The notes under the pieces were generated by a model. That model did no database searches, was not told the DNA's origin, and worked only from the letters and a program-made list of their open reading frames with translations. 64,000 nt of DNA from an uncultured bacterium (GTDB lineage: Bacteria; Krumholzibacteriota; Krumholzibacteriia; Krumholzibacteriales; Krumholzibacteriaceae). This document shows, one piece after another, positions 36,436-45,528 of the stretch (positions are counted from its first letter, which is position 1; each line of letters starts with the position of its first letter). A program made the position numbers and the translations under genes. The DNA lies in the NCBI GenBank assembly GCA_965371515.1, contig CBDUYR010000006.1, positions 1 to 64,000 of the forward strand. Reading direction: 5' to 3'.

Positions 36436-38589
36436 TCAGTCCACCCATCCGAGCACGTCACGGATCACGCACCACCTCTTGCCGCCGGCCTTCACTTTCT
36501 TTCCCGCAATCCAGTAATCAAAAAGGCTCGCAACGGTCCTGTCATTCTTCTTCAGCGCTATCCACGTATTGAGGAACTCCGCCGTATCCCTGTCACCGAA
36601 TGCCACGGCAAACGACATAGGCACCGATCTGACCATGGGGAAAGGTACAGCGACTGTATACTCGGGGTAGATCAGGCACCACGAGGATCCCATCTCGGCG
36701 CTCATCACCAGAGCATCGAGATCACCCTTCTCGCCACGGAAGAACTCCCTTGGTGATTCTAGGGTGACTATCTCCGCGTCGGGGAGGTATTCCTGGAGCT
36801 TCTTGAAATAGTATTTGTTGTCCTTGAGCCCTATCCTCAGCCCCTTCTGCTTCTGAAGGGCCTTGTCAGTATTGAAATCATCGCGCCTGTGATCCCTGAC
36901 TATGAACGCAACGGTCACTTCTATATAAGGATCGGTGAACGTCACCTTCTTCATGTCCGTCGTAGTTATCACAAGTCCGCCTATCATCAGGTCTATGGCG
37001 CCGTTATTGAGGAGATCGGGCGCGTTTTCATATTCTGTAAGGACAAACTCGATCTCCAGACCCAGCTCACCGGCAAACTTGTGCATCAATTCCACGTCTA
37101 ATCCCACCAGCTCAGCATTGTCGTTCTGAAAGGCCCAGGGGAGTGCGTCCCTCGTGTATCCGACGCGGATGATCCCTGTTTCCTGGATCCGAGCCAGAGC
37201 GGATCCCGGCCTGCCGGCCGGGATGGCTGCCTCTTCGGAATCGATGACCCTGTGCTCGACCGTCTCGAAGAGATTTGATCTTCCGATGAACAGCTCGTAC
37301 TGATCGACTTTCGAGCCGATGCTCGTGAATGCAAGACGGATTCCCACGAAAGTGCCGATCACGATAAGCACGGTGACTATCAAATACCTCCCCACCTTGA
37401 CGGGGCGGACCCTGATCAGCCCGCCTACAGCGGCGGAGCCGAGAACAGCGAGCGTCCCGACATGGATCACGGCGACCATCACACCGAACCGGCCGAAGAT
37501 ATTATCGATGACGATGAAAAGCTGGAACGCATCGGCCGGGATCCTGAACAGGTCCAGCATAAAGGGAACGGATACATAAGTGCTGCCGAACCATGTAAAG
37601 AAACCCGTAATGGCAAACATCGGATACCTGGCGATCGATAAGGGGAATCCTGTCATCCAGCCTGCAAAGAGGATGAAAGCGAGGGCGAGAAGCTTTCCCG
37701 CGGTTGGAAATGAATACGATGTAGGGGTGATGATATCCACCATCCCGGCGCTCTCTTCCGACGATCCCTCGATGTTCTGCACGAGATCCCGGCTTCTCCT
37801 GGACAGCAGCGGAAGCACAACGAAGAGGTTGCCTGTAGCGAATCCCGTCACCAGGGCGTCCCGCATGCTCATAATAACATCCCTGTACCGGATCGGGGTG
37901 AGCGCAGCGATCAGGCCCGGCATGACCCAGAAGGTGATGATCACGGCTGCCGCAAGGTAGGTAACGACATATACCTGCAGTCCCTGGAGGCTTGAAAACT
38001 CGATCGTGCCGGCAGCCTTTGCCATGAGGGCGAATACACCGTAAGGCGCAAGACTGACAACGAATGTCGCGACCCTGCCGAGGGCATCCCCGGCAGTATC
38101 AAAAACATCGAGAAGGCCCTGCTTCTTCTTTATCCCGATAAGCGCGATCCCGAAAGCGACGCTGAAAAGGACTACGCCGGGAACAACGTTCTCCGCCAAC
38201 GCTCCGAATGGATTTGCCGGGATGAACATCGAGACAAAATCGAATTCTTCCGCGGATTCGACGAGCGTCGAACTGAAATAAGAGGCGGACTCCCAGTCCG
38301 GGAAGGCGATGGGAAAGAGCATGACGACAGCCAGGGTGAGCACCCATATTATGAGCAGGATCGACCCTGCTTTCCTGGCCAGCAGCTTGGCCATATCGAA
38401 ATCCAGGCTGCCAATGCCCCTCATTAGGGCGACAACGACGTACGGCAGGACCGTCATCTGCAGAAGGAGCAGAAACGCCCGGCCGGCCATCCCCAGAAAC
38501 GCGACCTTCTCACCGAAAAACAGGCCGGTCAGGATGCCGAGGACCAGCCCGATCAGGATCCTTGTCGAGAGGCTCATTTTTTTCTTCAT
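36436..38589 (-). CDS. Dicarboxylate/amino acid:cation symporter fused to a family-3 substrate-binding domain
   Basis: N-terminal DAACS-like TM region (LLQMTVLPY, FIPANPFGAL, APYGVFAL); C-terminal RIQETGIIRVG...GLDVEL...FTDPY. Confidence 0.88.
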   Translation of the reverse strand: MKKKMSLSTRILIGLVLGILTGLFFGEKVAFLGMAGRAFLLLLQMTVLPYVVVALMRGIGSLDFDMAKLLARKAGSILLIIWVLTLAVVMLFPIAFPDWESASYFSSTLVESAEEFDFVSMFIPANPFGALAENVVPGVVLFSVAFGIALIGIKKKQGLLDVFDTAGDALGRVATFVVSLAPYGVFALMAKAAGTIEFSSLQGLQVYVVTYLAAAVIITFWVMPGLIAALTPIRYRDVIMSMRDALVTGFATGNLFVVLPLLSRRSRDLVQNIEGSSEESAGMVDIITPTSYSFPTAGKLLALAFILFAGWMTGFPLSIARYPMFAITGFFTWFGSTYVSVPFMLDLFRIPADAFQLFIVIDNIFGRFGVMVAVIHVGTLAVLGSAAVGGLIRVRPVKVGRYLIVTVLIVIGTFVGIRLAFTSIGSKVDQYELFIGRSNLFETVEHRVIDSEEAAIPAGRPGSALARIQETGIIRVGYTRDALPWAFQNDNAELVGLDVELMHKFAGELGLEIEFVLTEYENAPDLLNNGAIDLMIGGLVITTTDMKKVTFTDPYIEVTVAFIVRDHRRDDFNTDKALQKQKGLRIGLKDNKYYFKKLQEYLPDAEIVTLESPREFFRGEKGDLDALVMSAEMGSSWCLIYPEYTVAVPFPMVRSVPMSFAVAFGDRDTAEFLNTWIALKKNDRTVASLFDYWIAGKKVKAGGKRWCVIRDVLGWVD

Positions 38590-38853
38590 GAATCATTCCT
38601 TTGCAGAGAGTTCTTCATGAAGGTAAACGCAACCTCTGTTCGGTTCAATTCTTATTTATAGATGAACAGGATATAGCCTGTTCACTACATGCCAACCGGG
38701 ATCTGGTATTGCACGTTGACTCTGATCGAATGTCCCGCGACAGGCCCGGGCCAGTCGTCGTACATTGCCAGCGCTTGTTTTTCAACGGTTAACGGGAGGC
38801 GTTCGTCAATCTGCGTATGATAATCGAGTAACTAAGCGACTCGACCATCCGGT

Positions 38854-39852
38854 CTATTCAAGTTCGAAAGGATAAACCGTATTCCAGTCGTTTTTCATAT
38901 CGACTACGGTCCACCCCTTCTCTCCCGCCTCATCTAGCGCCTTGTCGAGCCGGCCGATGTGTGATTCCCTGTCGTAGGCCCATTCTCTTTCGGCATCGGT
39001 ATGATGCACGAGGACCATCAATCTCCTGCCGCCACCGGCACCGGTCCACTGGAGCATCTGCAGGTCGCCGTCCGAGTTCCCGAAGGCGGCGATCGGCCTG
39101 CGCCCGATGAACTTGTGGATTCCGACCGGCTTCTCATCCTTGTCGTCAATAAAATCGAGCTCGGGGAGCCGGGTGAGGACCGGAACGTCGCCGCGCATCT
39201 CGAACTTCGTCTTTATACTGCTCCCAATCACATTCTCGGGTGGGATACCGTATATCTCTTCGGTCCATGGCCGCATGAACTCGATGCCGCCGCCGGAGAC
39301 GATGAATACCCTGAAATCGCTGGCGCGAAGATATGACAGCAGTTCGAGCATAGGCTGAAAGACCAGGTCGGTATATGGCCGGTCGAAACGGGGGTGCCTG
39401 GCGGCGGCGATCCACTTCTTTACTATCCGTTCGAATTCGGCTGTGGTATTCCCCGCATGAGTCGCCATGACAAGCTCTATCAATCCCTTTTCCCCGTACT
39501 CCGCCAGTTTGTCCATATCATCTTCGAGTACGGCCTTGAAGGGCTGCATCGTCTTCCATTCCGGATGCTGCGGGGCAAGGGCCCTGACACGGTCTATGAC
39601 GAAGAAAAGCTGGAAATAAACGGGGCGCTCCGACCACAGGGTGCCATCGTTATCGAATACTGCAACGCGTTCGGCAGGCACCACATAGTCAGGCCCTGTC
39701 TCGTCTGTCACGGCATCCACGAAATCGACTATCGCCTGTCTGGACTCCCCGTCGTTCCACGAGGGCAGGGGATCGACGGCCGAACATCCGGCTACGAACA
39801 AAATTGCCGGAAGAAGCAACATTCCCTTGAATCCCCTGATGCGGCTGGTCAT
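38854..39852 (-). CDS. HAD-family hydrolase lipoprotein
   Basis: Lipobox VAGC; PLPSW, FDNDGTLW, VSGGG, GNSDGD. Confidence 0.9.
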   Translation of the reverse strand: MTSRIRGFKGMLLLPAILFVAGCSAVDPLPSWNDGESRQAIVDFVDAVTDETGPDYVVPAERVAVFDNDGTLWSERPVYFQLFFVIDRVRALAPQHPEWKTMQPFKAVLEDDMDKLAEYGEKGLIELVMATHAGNTTAEFERIVKKWIAAARHPRFDRPYTDLVFQPMLELLSYLRASDFRVFIVSGGGIEFMRPWTEEIYGIPPENVIGSSIKTKFEMRGDVPVLTRLPELDFIDDKDEKPVGIHKFIGRRPIAAFGNSDGDLQMLQWTGAGGGRRLMVLVHHTDAEREWAYDRESHIGRLDKALDEAGEKGWTVVDMKNDWNTVYPFELE

Positions 39853-40027
39853 CGAAATCCTCCTTATATTGTCCGGGGCGAACATCAGAGATGACATCCG
39901 CCCCGACCATTCTATTTCATCATTGCCTCACGACAATGCTAATGAGCACCTGACCATACTGATTAATGAGATATCCTAGTATTCCAGCATTCTCTCTTTT
40001 CTTCCTCAATCAATCAATCGAAAATGG

Positions 40028-40792
40028 CTATCGTTCACTTTCCCCGTTGATGTCAATCAGGTAATCCAGGGTCTTCTCAGCCAGGATGAATCCCGAGAGT
40101 CTCGACATGCTTCCGTTTCGCAGCATGAATTTCCTCAGCGAGGAAACATCCATCTCCTGGGCCCGGGCGATCTGCTCGATCCGTTCATCCATCTCTCTGT
40201 CATCTGCCTCTATGCCGTCCCTGCTGGCGATCTCGCCCAGGATCATAAGCAGTTTTACCCGGTTTCTGGCGACGTCCCACTCTTCTCCTCCCGGCCCCGA
40301 CCGATCGTCTCCTCCGAACAGGAGTTCCTCCCTGACCATCTCGTCCGGTATATCGATCACGGTCTCTTCGAGCAGACGCATCGATATCTCGTCACGCATC
40401 CCTTCGTCAGAATCGGACGAAAGGCTCAGCGAATCGTACGCCGGAAGCTCGAACCCCGGCAGTTCGGTGAACTCGGCCGTAAAACTGAGCAGCCCGCCGT
40501 GTTCTATCGAGATATCGGTAATCGAGATCGGATCGGTGACCGGGACACCCCCCTCCTCCAGGGCCATCCTGCTCAACCTGCGCACACACCTCACGCCAGT
40601 GTCGTCGAGAAGCGGACGCTCGTAGTGCTTCTCCACCATCGACCTGGGGGCTTTACCCGGCCTGAATCCCGGGACGGGAAGTCCTGAGTATCCGGAGAGC
40701 AGATCGTCGTAATCCTTCTGCACATTCTCCCACCCAACCTCGATCCGGGCCTCTTTCCTGTGGTCCCCGATATCACTGATAGTCACCTTCAT
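40028..40792 (-). CDS. Trigger-factor-like chaperone lacking the PPIase domain
   Basis: Ribosome-binding signature PGFRPGKAP; C-terminal IA..DGIE...EKTLDYL; only 254 aa. Confidence 0.8.
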   Translation of the reverse strand: MKVTISDIGDHRKEARIEVGWENVQKDYDDLLSGYSGLPVPGFRPGKAPRSMVEKHYERPLLDDTGVRCVRRLSRMALEEGGVPVTDPISITDISIEHGGLLSFTAEFTELPGFELPAYDSLSLSSDSDEGMRDEISMRLLEETVIDIPDEMVREELLFGGDDRSGPGGEEWDVARNRVKLLMILGEIASRDGIEADDREMDERIEQIARAQEMDVSSLRKFMLRNGSMSRLSGFILAEKTLDYLIDINGESER

Positions 40793-40796
40793 CGGA

Positions 40797-42059
40797 TCAC
40801 ACCACTCCCTCAACAGGTTCCTTGCCCATATCACGGATGATCCTCTGGACGTGCGGATCGATATGCCTGAAATACTTTTTCAGGCCGGAACAGAGGTAGT
40901 TCAGGCCTCGCTCACCCTCCGGGGTGCGTATGAACCTGTTCTTCGGACACTCACCGGCGCATGCGAAGAGATAATCGCACCGGCGGCACTGGCCAGGCAG
41001 GAAGATATCCTTCGCGTAGCCGAAAGCCTCCTGCCGCTCGGACAGCACCATCCCGCTGATCGCCTCATCGTGTATGTTGCCCAGCCTGTACTCCGGATAG
41101 ACGTAGTGATCGCATGAGTAGACACTGCCATCGTGTTCGATAGCGACACCCTTCCCGCAGATCGGCCCGAAGATACAGAGTGGGGATATCTTTCCCATCC
41201 ACTGCCCCACTGCCGATTCGAAGAATGTGACGAAATGTCTTCCGATATCATTCGTGCGCCATTCATCGAATATCGCGATAAGAAAATCGCCGTAGTCGTC
41301 GGGATCGACGCACCAGTCTTCCACGACTGATTCAGGCGTACCGGGCCTCGCCCGCGGGTCGTCCATATCGGGCATCAGGAAATCGGGCCATCTCTGCGGC
41401 GCCGTCTCCCTGAAGATCCTCGGCTCTACTATCGGTATGAACTGCATCCTCTCGGGGCCGACATCGTCGCGCAGGAATCTGTAGACCTCAAGAGGATGCT
41501 TACCCGTGATACGGTTCACGCAGCTCAGTGTCGCGAACCTGACCTTGTGCTTTCGAAGAAGTTTCGACGCTCGAAAGACATCGTCGAATGTCCCGCGCCC
41601 GTCCTTGTAGACCCGGTAGTGGTCGTGCAGCTCCTTCGGTCCGTCGATGCTCAGGCCGACGAGAAAATTGTTCTCGGCGAGGAACTCGCACCACTCATCG
41701 TCGAGCAGGGTGCCGTTCGTCTGAAGGTCGTTCTCGCATCGCATCCATGACGGTGCGTACTTCTTCTCCAGTTCGACGACCCTGCGAAAATAATCCAGTC
41801 CGAGCAGGGTCGGCTCTCCCCCCTGCCAGGAGAAGACGACCTCCTTGAAGTTCTGCCCTTCTATGTACTGACGGATAAAGGTCTCGAGGATTTTGTCACT
41901 CATGCGCCACTGGTTGTCTGTAGAGAGCAGTTTCTCTTTGCTCAGGTAGAAACAGTAGGCGCAGTCGAGGTTACAGACCGGCCCGAGGGGCTTCGCCATC
42001 GCGTGCATCCTTACGACGGGTTTCCCCCTGAAAAGGCGTTTCTTTCTGCCTTCGTTCAT
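40797..42059 (-). CDS. Anaerobic sulfatase maturase (radical SAM/SPASM)
   Basis: KPLGPVCNLDCAYCFYL, WQGGEPTL, QTNG, YSCDHYVYP, C..C.....C.GECPKNR, NYLC. Confidence 0.95.
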   Translation of the reverse strand: MNEGRKKRLFRGKPVVRMHAMAKPLGPVCNLDCAYCFYLSKEKLLSTDNQWRMSDKILETFIRQYIEGQNFKEVVFSWQGGEPTLLGLDYFRRVVELEKKYAPSWMRCENDLQTNGTLLDDEWCEFLAENNFLVGLSIDGPKELHDHYRVYKDGRGTFDDVFRASKLLRKHKVRFATLSCVNRITGKHPLEVYRFLRDDVGPERMQFIPIVEPRIFRETAPQRWPDFLMPDMDDPRARPGTPESVVEDWCVDPDDYGDFLIAIFDEWRTNDIGRHFVTFFESAVGQWMGKISPLCIFGPICGKGVAIEHDGSVYSCDHYVYPEYRLGNIHDEAISGMVLSERQEAFGYAKDIFLPGQCRRCDYLFACAGECPKNRFIRTPEGERGLNYLCSGLKKYFRHIDPHVQRIIRDMGKEPVEGVV

Positions 42060-42290
42060 ATACCCGTGCTCCGGGAAGCAGGTAGATTAATGATTTGAGA
42101 GCTTGATTAAAAGCGTTCTGATTCTGAACCGGTTCCGGCGATATGTCAATGAGGAATCCTCCTGCTGCGTAGAGACCCATCCATTTTTCTCGAACTCCAT
42201 AAAAATATTTCATCGGAATCGATTTTGATGTAAAATCAAATCCTAATCTTATCCATAGAATCGGCTTCACCCTTGGGGGAGGGTCTCAAC

Positions 42291-44246
42291 ATGCACAAAT
42301 GCTTGAGGATCTTTGTGACTGCGCTCTCGATAGTCTCGGCCATTTATATAACCTCTTCGTTTGCGGGATGGACGACCGACGGAGCTCCCGTATGCGTATA
42401 TACCGGCGATCAGGAATATCCCGTTATATGTTCCGACGGTTCGGGCGGAGCCTTCATAGCGTGGGAGGACGGGCGCGAATACCGGGATATCTATGCACAG
42501 AGGGTAGACGAAATGGGCAGGAGACAATGGCCGGACGAGGGCCTTGCTGTCTGTACCGCATCTTATAATCAGACTGGACCTCGAATATGCTCCGACGGCT
42601 CGGGAGGCACGATCATCGCATGGACGGATCCGCGTGCCAGCAATGTGAGGGATATCTACGCGCAGAGGATAAGTTCCGACGGCACTCCGCTCTGGACATC
42701 GGACGGTGCGCCGGTGTGCACGGAAACCGCCAACCAGTATCTCTACGGTATGTGCGGAGACGGGTTCGGCGGCGCGCTCCTCGTCTGGCAGGACGAACGG
42801 GTGAGCAGCGACCACGACGACATATACTGCCAGCGGATAGACCCGGACGGCAACGTCCTCTGGAGCGCGGGAGGTGTTCCCCTCAGCACGGGGATTTCTT
42901 TTATGCGTGAGCAGCCGCAGGTGGTGGCTGACGGATCAGGCGGCGGCATATTTACATGGATCGACTGGGGAAGCGGAGGGATATTCGCGCAGCGCGTGAA
43001 CTCCACCGGCGAAGTTCAGTGGGTCATGAACGGAATAGCCATATGCAATGCTTCCGGATACCAGTATGAACCGAAGATCACCACTGATGGATACGGCGGA
43101 GCTCTTATAACCTGGTACGATCACAGGTCCTGGTACGATATATACGTCCAGCGGGTCGATTCACTCGGAAACATGATGTGGACTGCGAACGGAGTTCAGC
43201 TTACCGACGACGGCGCGGAGGATATCTGGCAGGCATATGCCCGCATCTGCCCGGACTACGACGGTGGTGCCATGATCACCTGGGTCGACCAGAGAGTCGG
43301 CGATTTCGATTGTTATGCTCAGCGCGTCAACGAAGCCGGGATACCGCAATGGTCTGCCAATGGAATCCCGATCTGCACTGCTTCAGGTGGGAGTGGCGAG
43401 ATCACGATGGTGCCCTGCGCCGACAAGAGCGTCATCCTGGCCTGGGAAGACTCCCGCTCCGGGCTGGGGAAGGATATCTACGTCCAGCGAGTCGATTCGC
43501 TCGGTGCAATGCAATGGGATATCGACGGCATCGTTGCCTGTGCCGCGGACGGGTATCAGTTTTTACCCCAAATTGCGAGCGACGGCGCTGACGGCGCCAT
43601 CATAACCTGGCAGGACGAGCGGGTCTTCATGGACCCCGATATCTACGCCCGCCGGATAACGGAGGCAGGCGAATACGTCGCCACTCTGCTTCATAGCTAT
43701 TTCACCGAACCCCGTCAAACCGGAATTGCCGTCGAATGGAGGCTTTCCGAAATCGATGCCGGTGACTGTTTCAATGTAAAGAGGGCGGAGCTCGGAACCG
43801 GTGAGTATATTTCACTGCCTGACGGACAGCTCGAGCGAGACGGACTTGCTTTCTGTTACCTGGACACCAGCTGTCTTCCAGGCACGACTTACATATACCG
43901 GGTCGAGATCGAAACACAGGAAAACTCGTTTCTGCTTTTCGAAACAGATCCGGTAACCCCTGATGCTTCCGATCTGTTGCTTTATCAGAACTATCCGAAC
44001 CCCTTCAATCCGGTAACATCGATCGGTTACTTCCTTCCGGCAGATTGTCACGTAACCCTTGTCATATACGATATTTCCGGAAGGGAAGTGTGCCGGATAT
44101 TCGACGGTGATCAGACAGCCGGAACGCAACTGGTTACCTGGTCGGGAATCGACAAGAGCGGCAACCCTGTCCGGTCTGGTGTATACCTGTATAGATTGCA
44201 GGCGGGCAAGGATACGATATCGAGAAAGATGATACTCCTCGAGTAG
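42291..44246 (+). CDS. Secreted repeat (probable beta-propeller) protein with FlgD-Ig sorting domain
   Basis: About 7 repeats of DG.GGAII.W.D.R...DIYAQRV...G...W...G..IC; C-terminal QNYPNPFNP...SGVYLYRL. Confidence 0.88.
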   Translation: MHKCLRIFVTALSIVSAIYITSSFAGWTTDGAPVCVYTGDQEYPVICSDGSGGAFIAWEDGREYRDIYAQRVDEMGRRQWPDEGLAVCTASYNQTGPRICSDGSGGTIIAWTDPRASNVRDIYAQRISSDGTPLWTSDGAPVCTETANQYLYGMCGDGFGGALLVWQDERVSSDHDDIYCQRIDPDGNVLWSAGGVPLSTGISFMREQPQVVADGSGGGIFTWIDWGSGGIFAQRVNSTGEVQWVMNGIAICNASGYQYEPKITTDGYGGALITWYDHRSWYDIYVQRVDSLGNMMWTANGVQLTDDGAEDIWQAYARICPDYDGGAMITWVDQRVGDFDCYAQRVNEAGIPQWSANGIPICTASGGSGEITMVPCADKSVILAWEDSRSGLGKDIYVQRVDSLGAMQWDIDGIVACAADGYQFLPQIASDGADGAIITWQDERVFMDPDIYARRITEAGEYVATLLHSYFTEPRQTGIAVEWRLSEIDAGDCFNVKRAELGTGEYISLPDGQLERDGLAFCYLDTSCLPGTTYIYRVEIETQENSFLLFETDPVTPDASDLLLYQNYPNPFNPVTSIGYFLPADCHVTLVIYDISGREVCRIFDGDQTAGTQLVTWSGIDKSGNPVRSGVYLYRLQAGKDTISRKMILLE

Positions 44247-44265
44247 ACGATGCCGGCGGTTCGAT

Positions 44266-44820
44266 CTATCTGCCTGAAATCAGAAGTGCGATCGCCGTCT
44301 TGACCAGATCAGCGAGGATGAACGGTACTACCGCCATCGCAAGAACTCCCGTCAGAGACTGACCGCTGAGAAGATACAGGTACAGTGTGCCTCCCAGGAG
44401 GATCGTAGCGGATCCAACGAGGGAAGCGATCAGAACTGCGGGTTTGCCGCCGCCGAGAGACCTGGTCAGAACACCTGCGAGAAGAGCCGCAGCCGGGAAA
44501 GCCACTAAATATCCGCCCGTCGGGCCGAACAGGACGGCGGGACCGAACGTCAGGCCGGCGAACACAGGCGCGCCGGCTGCGCCGATAGCGATATATGCGA
44601 TCATCGCGTAGAAGCCGTCGCGCGGGCCGAGAACGATGCCTGCGAGCAGGACGAAAAGCGTCTGCATCGTGACGGGAACGGGCGTATAGGGAAGACGGAC
44701 CGCGAACTGGGCTGCAAGAGCGGTGAAGCCGACGAAAGCGGCGATCCCCGCAACGCGCCTGAGCGATCCTGCCATATCCATCGATATACCTGTATAGATC
44801 GTCGTTCTTTCGCTTATCAC
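44266..44820 (-). CDS. bioY: Biotin transporter BioY
   Basis: PVPVTMQT, GAPVFAG, GPTGGYL, PFILADLVK. Confidence 0.93.
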   Translation of the reverse strand: MISERTTIYTGISMDMAGSLRRVAGIAAFVGFTALAAQFAVRLPYTPVPVTMQTLFVLLAGIVLGPRDGFYAMIAYIAIGAAGAPVFAGLTFGPAVLFGPTGGYLVAFPAAALLAGVLTRSLGGGKPAVLIASLVGSATILLGGTLYLYLLSGQSLTGVLAMAVVPFILADLVKTAIALLISGR

Positions 44821-44886
44821 ACCGTTCTCCTTTTTTTCTCGTTACTCCGCATGGCTTCTGGAATCTATCCCTTCCCGCCCGATTTT

Positions 44887-45525
44887 TCAAGCGGAAGGTG
44901 GAGAATCGTCGACGACCTCGCCGACTGATATATTACCGAGATAATAATTCGCCGTCATCTCAATATTGCTGTGGACGAGGCCGAAAGCCGCCTCGTCGAC
45001 CCTTTCTATCTCGTATTCTTCCCTGACGGCTGCCAGCACACCGAAAAATTCGAAGAGCAGCATCCGGAAAGCCATGAAATATATATAATTGAACTCCAGT
45101 TTCTCGACATACGCCTTTTCGTCCTTACCCCTGAGCGCAACGAGCTCCCCGAACTCCTCCCCACCACTGCCCCCGAGCAGCTCCTCCACTCTGCCGAACG
45201 TCCCGGTCTTGACCTTCTCTTCCATGCTTCCCAGTGCCCCGTTAATCTCTTCTGTAGTCGGCTCTTTATCATTGATCCGTTCGAGCAGGTACTCGAGGTA
45301 CGCCTCGCCCTCCGTGACGAGGTCCTTGAGGAAGACGAGGTTCTTCTCGAGGGACTTGACGTACTCCCCGCTCTCCATTCGCTCCTTCTTGGCGGCAAGC
45401 ATGCTCGAGATGTTCTTCCTGTATACATCCGGAGCGGGGTAGTTCTCGCTGACGTGTTCCGAGAAGGTCGCGATCAGCGCCTCTATGTCGGCCTTTTTCT
45501 TCGTCTTCTTTGTCTTCCCCGCCAT
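44887..45525 (-). CDS. Hypothetical acidic helical protein
   Basis: 212-aa ORF with SD, 3 nt after the upstream stop, typical codon usage. Confidence 0.7.
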   Translation of the reverse strand: MAGKTKKTKKKADIEALIATFSEHVSENYPAPDVYRKNISSMLAAKKERMESGEYVKSLEKNLVFLKDLVTEGEAYLEYLLERINDKEPTTEEINGALGSMEEKVKTGTFGRVEELLGGSGGEEFGELVALRGKDEKAYVEKLEFNYIYFMAFRMLLFEFFGVLAAVREEYEIERVDEAAFGLVHSNIEMTANYYLGNISVGEVVDDSPPSA

Positions 45526-45528
45526 CGT

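Noticed and set aside
40797..42059. RiPP-modifying SPASM enzyme for the 26-aa peptide
   Set aside because: Motifs are typical of anSME, it lies about 30 kb away, and no precursor is adjacent
42214..42240. FNR box or sigma54 promoter between anSME and the repeat protein
   Set aside because: TTGAT-N5-ATCAA has the wrong spacing for FNR (N4), and the sigma54-like match has GA rather than GC at -12; too weak to call
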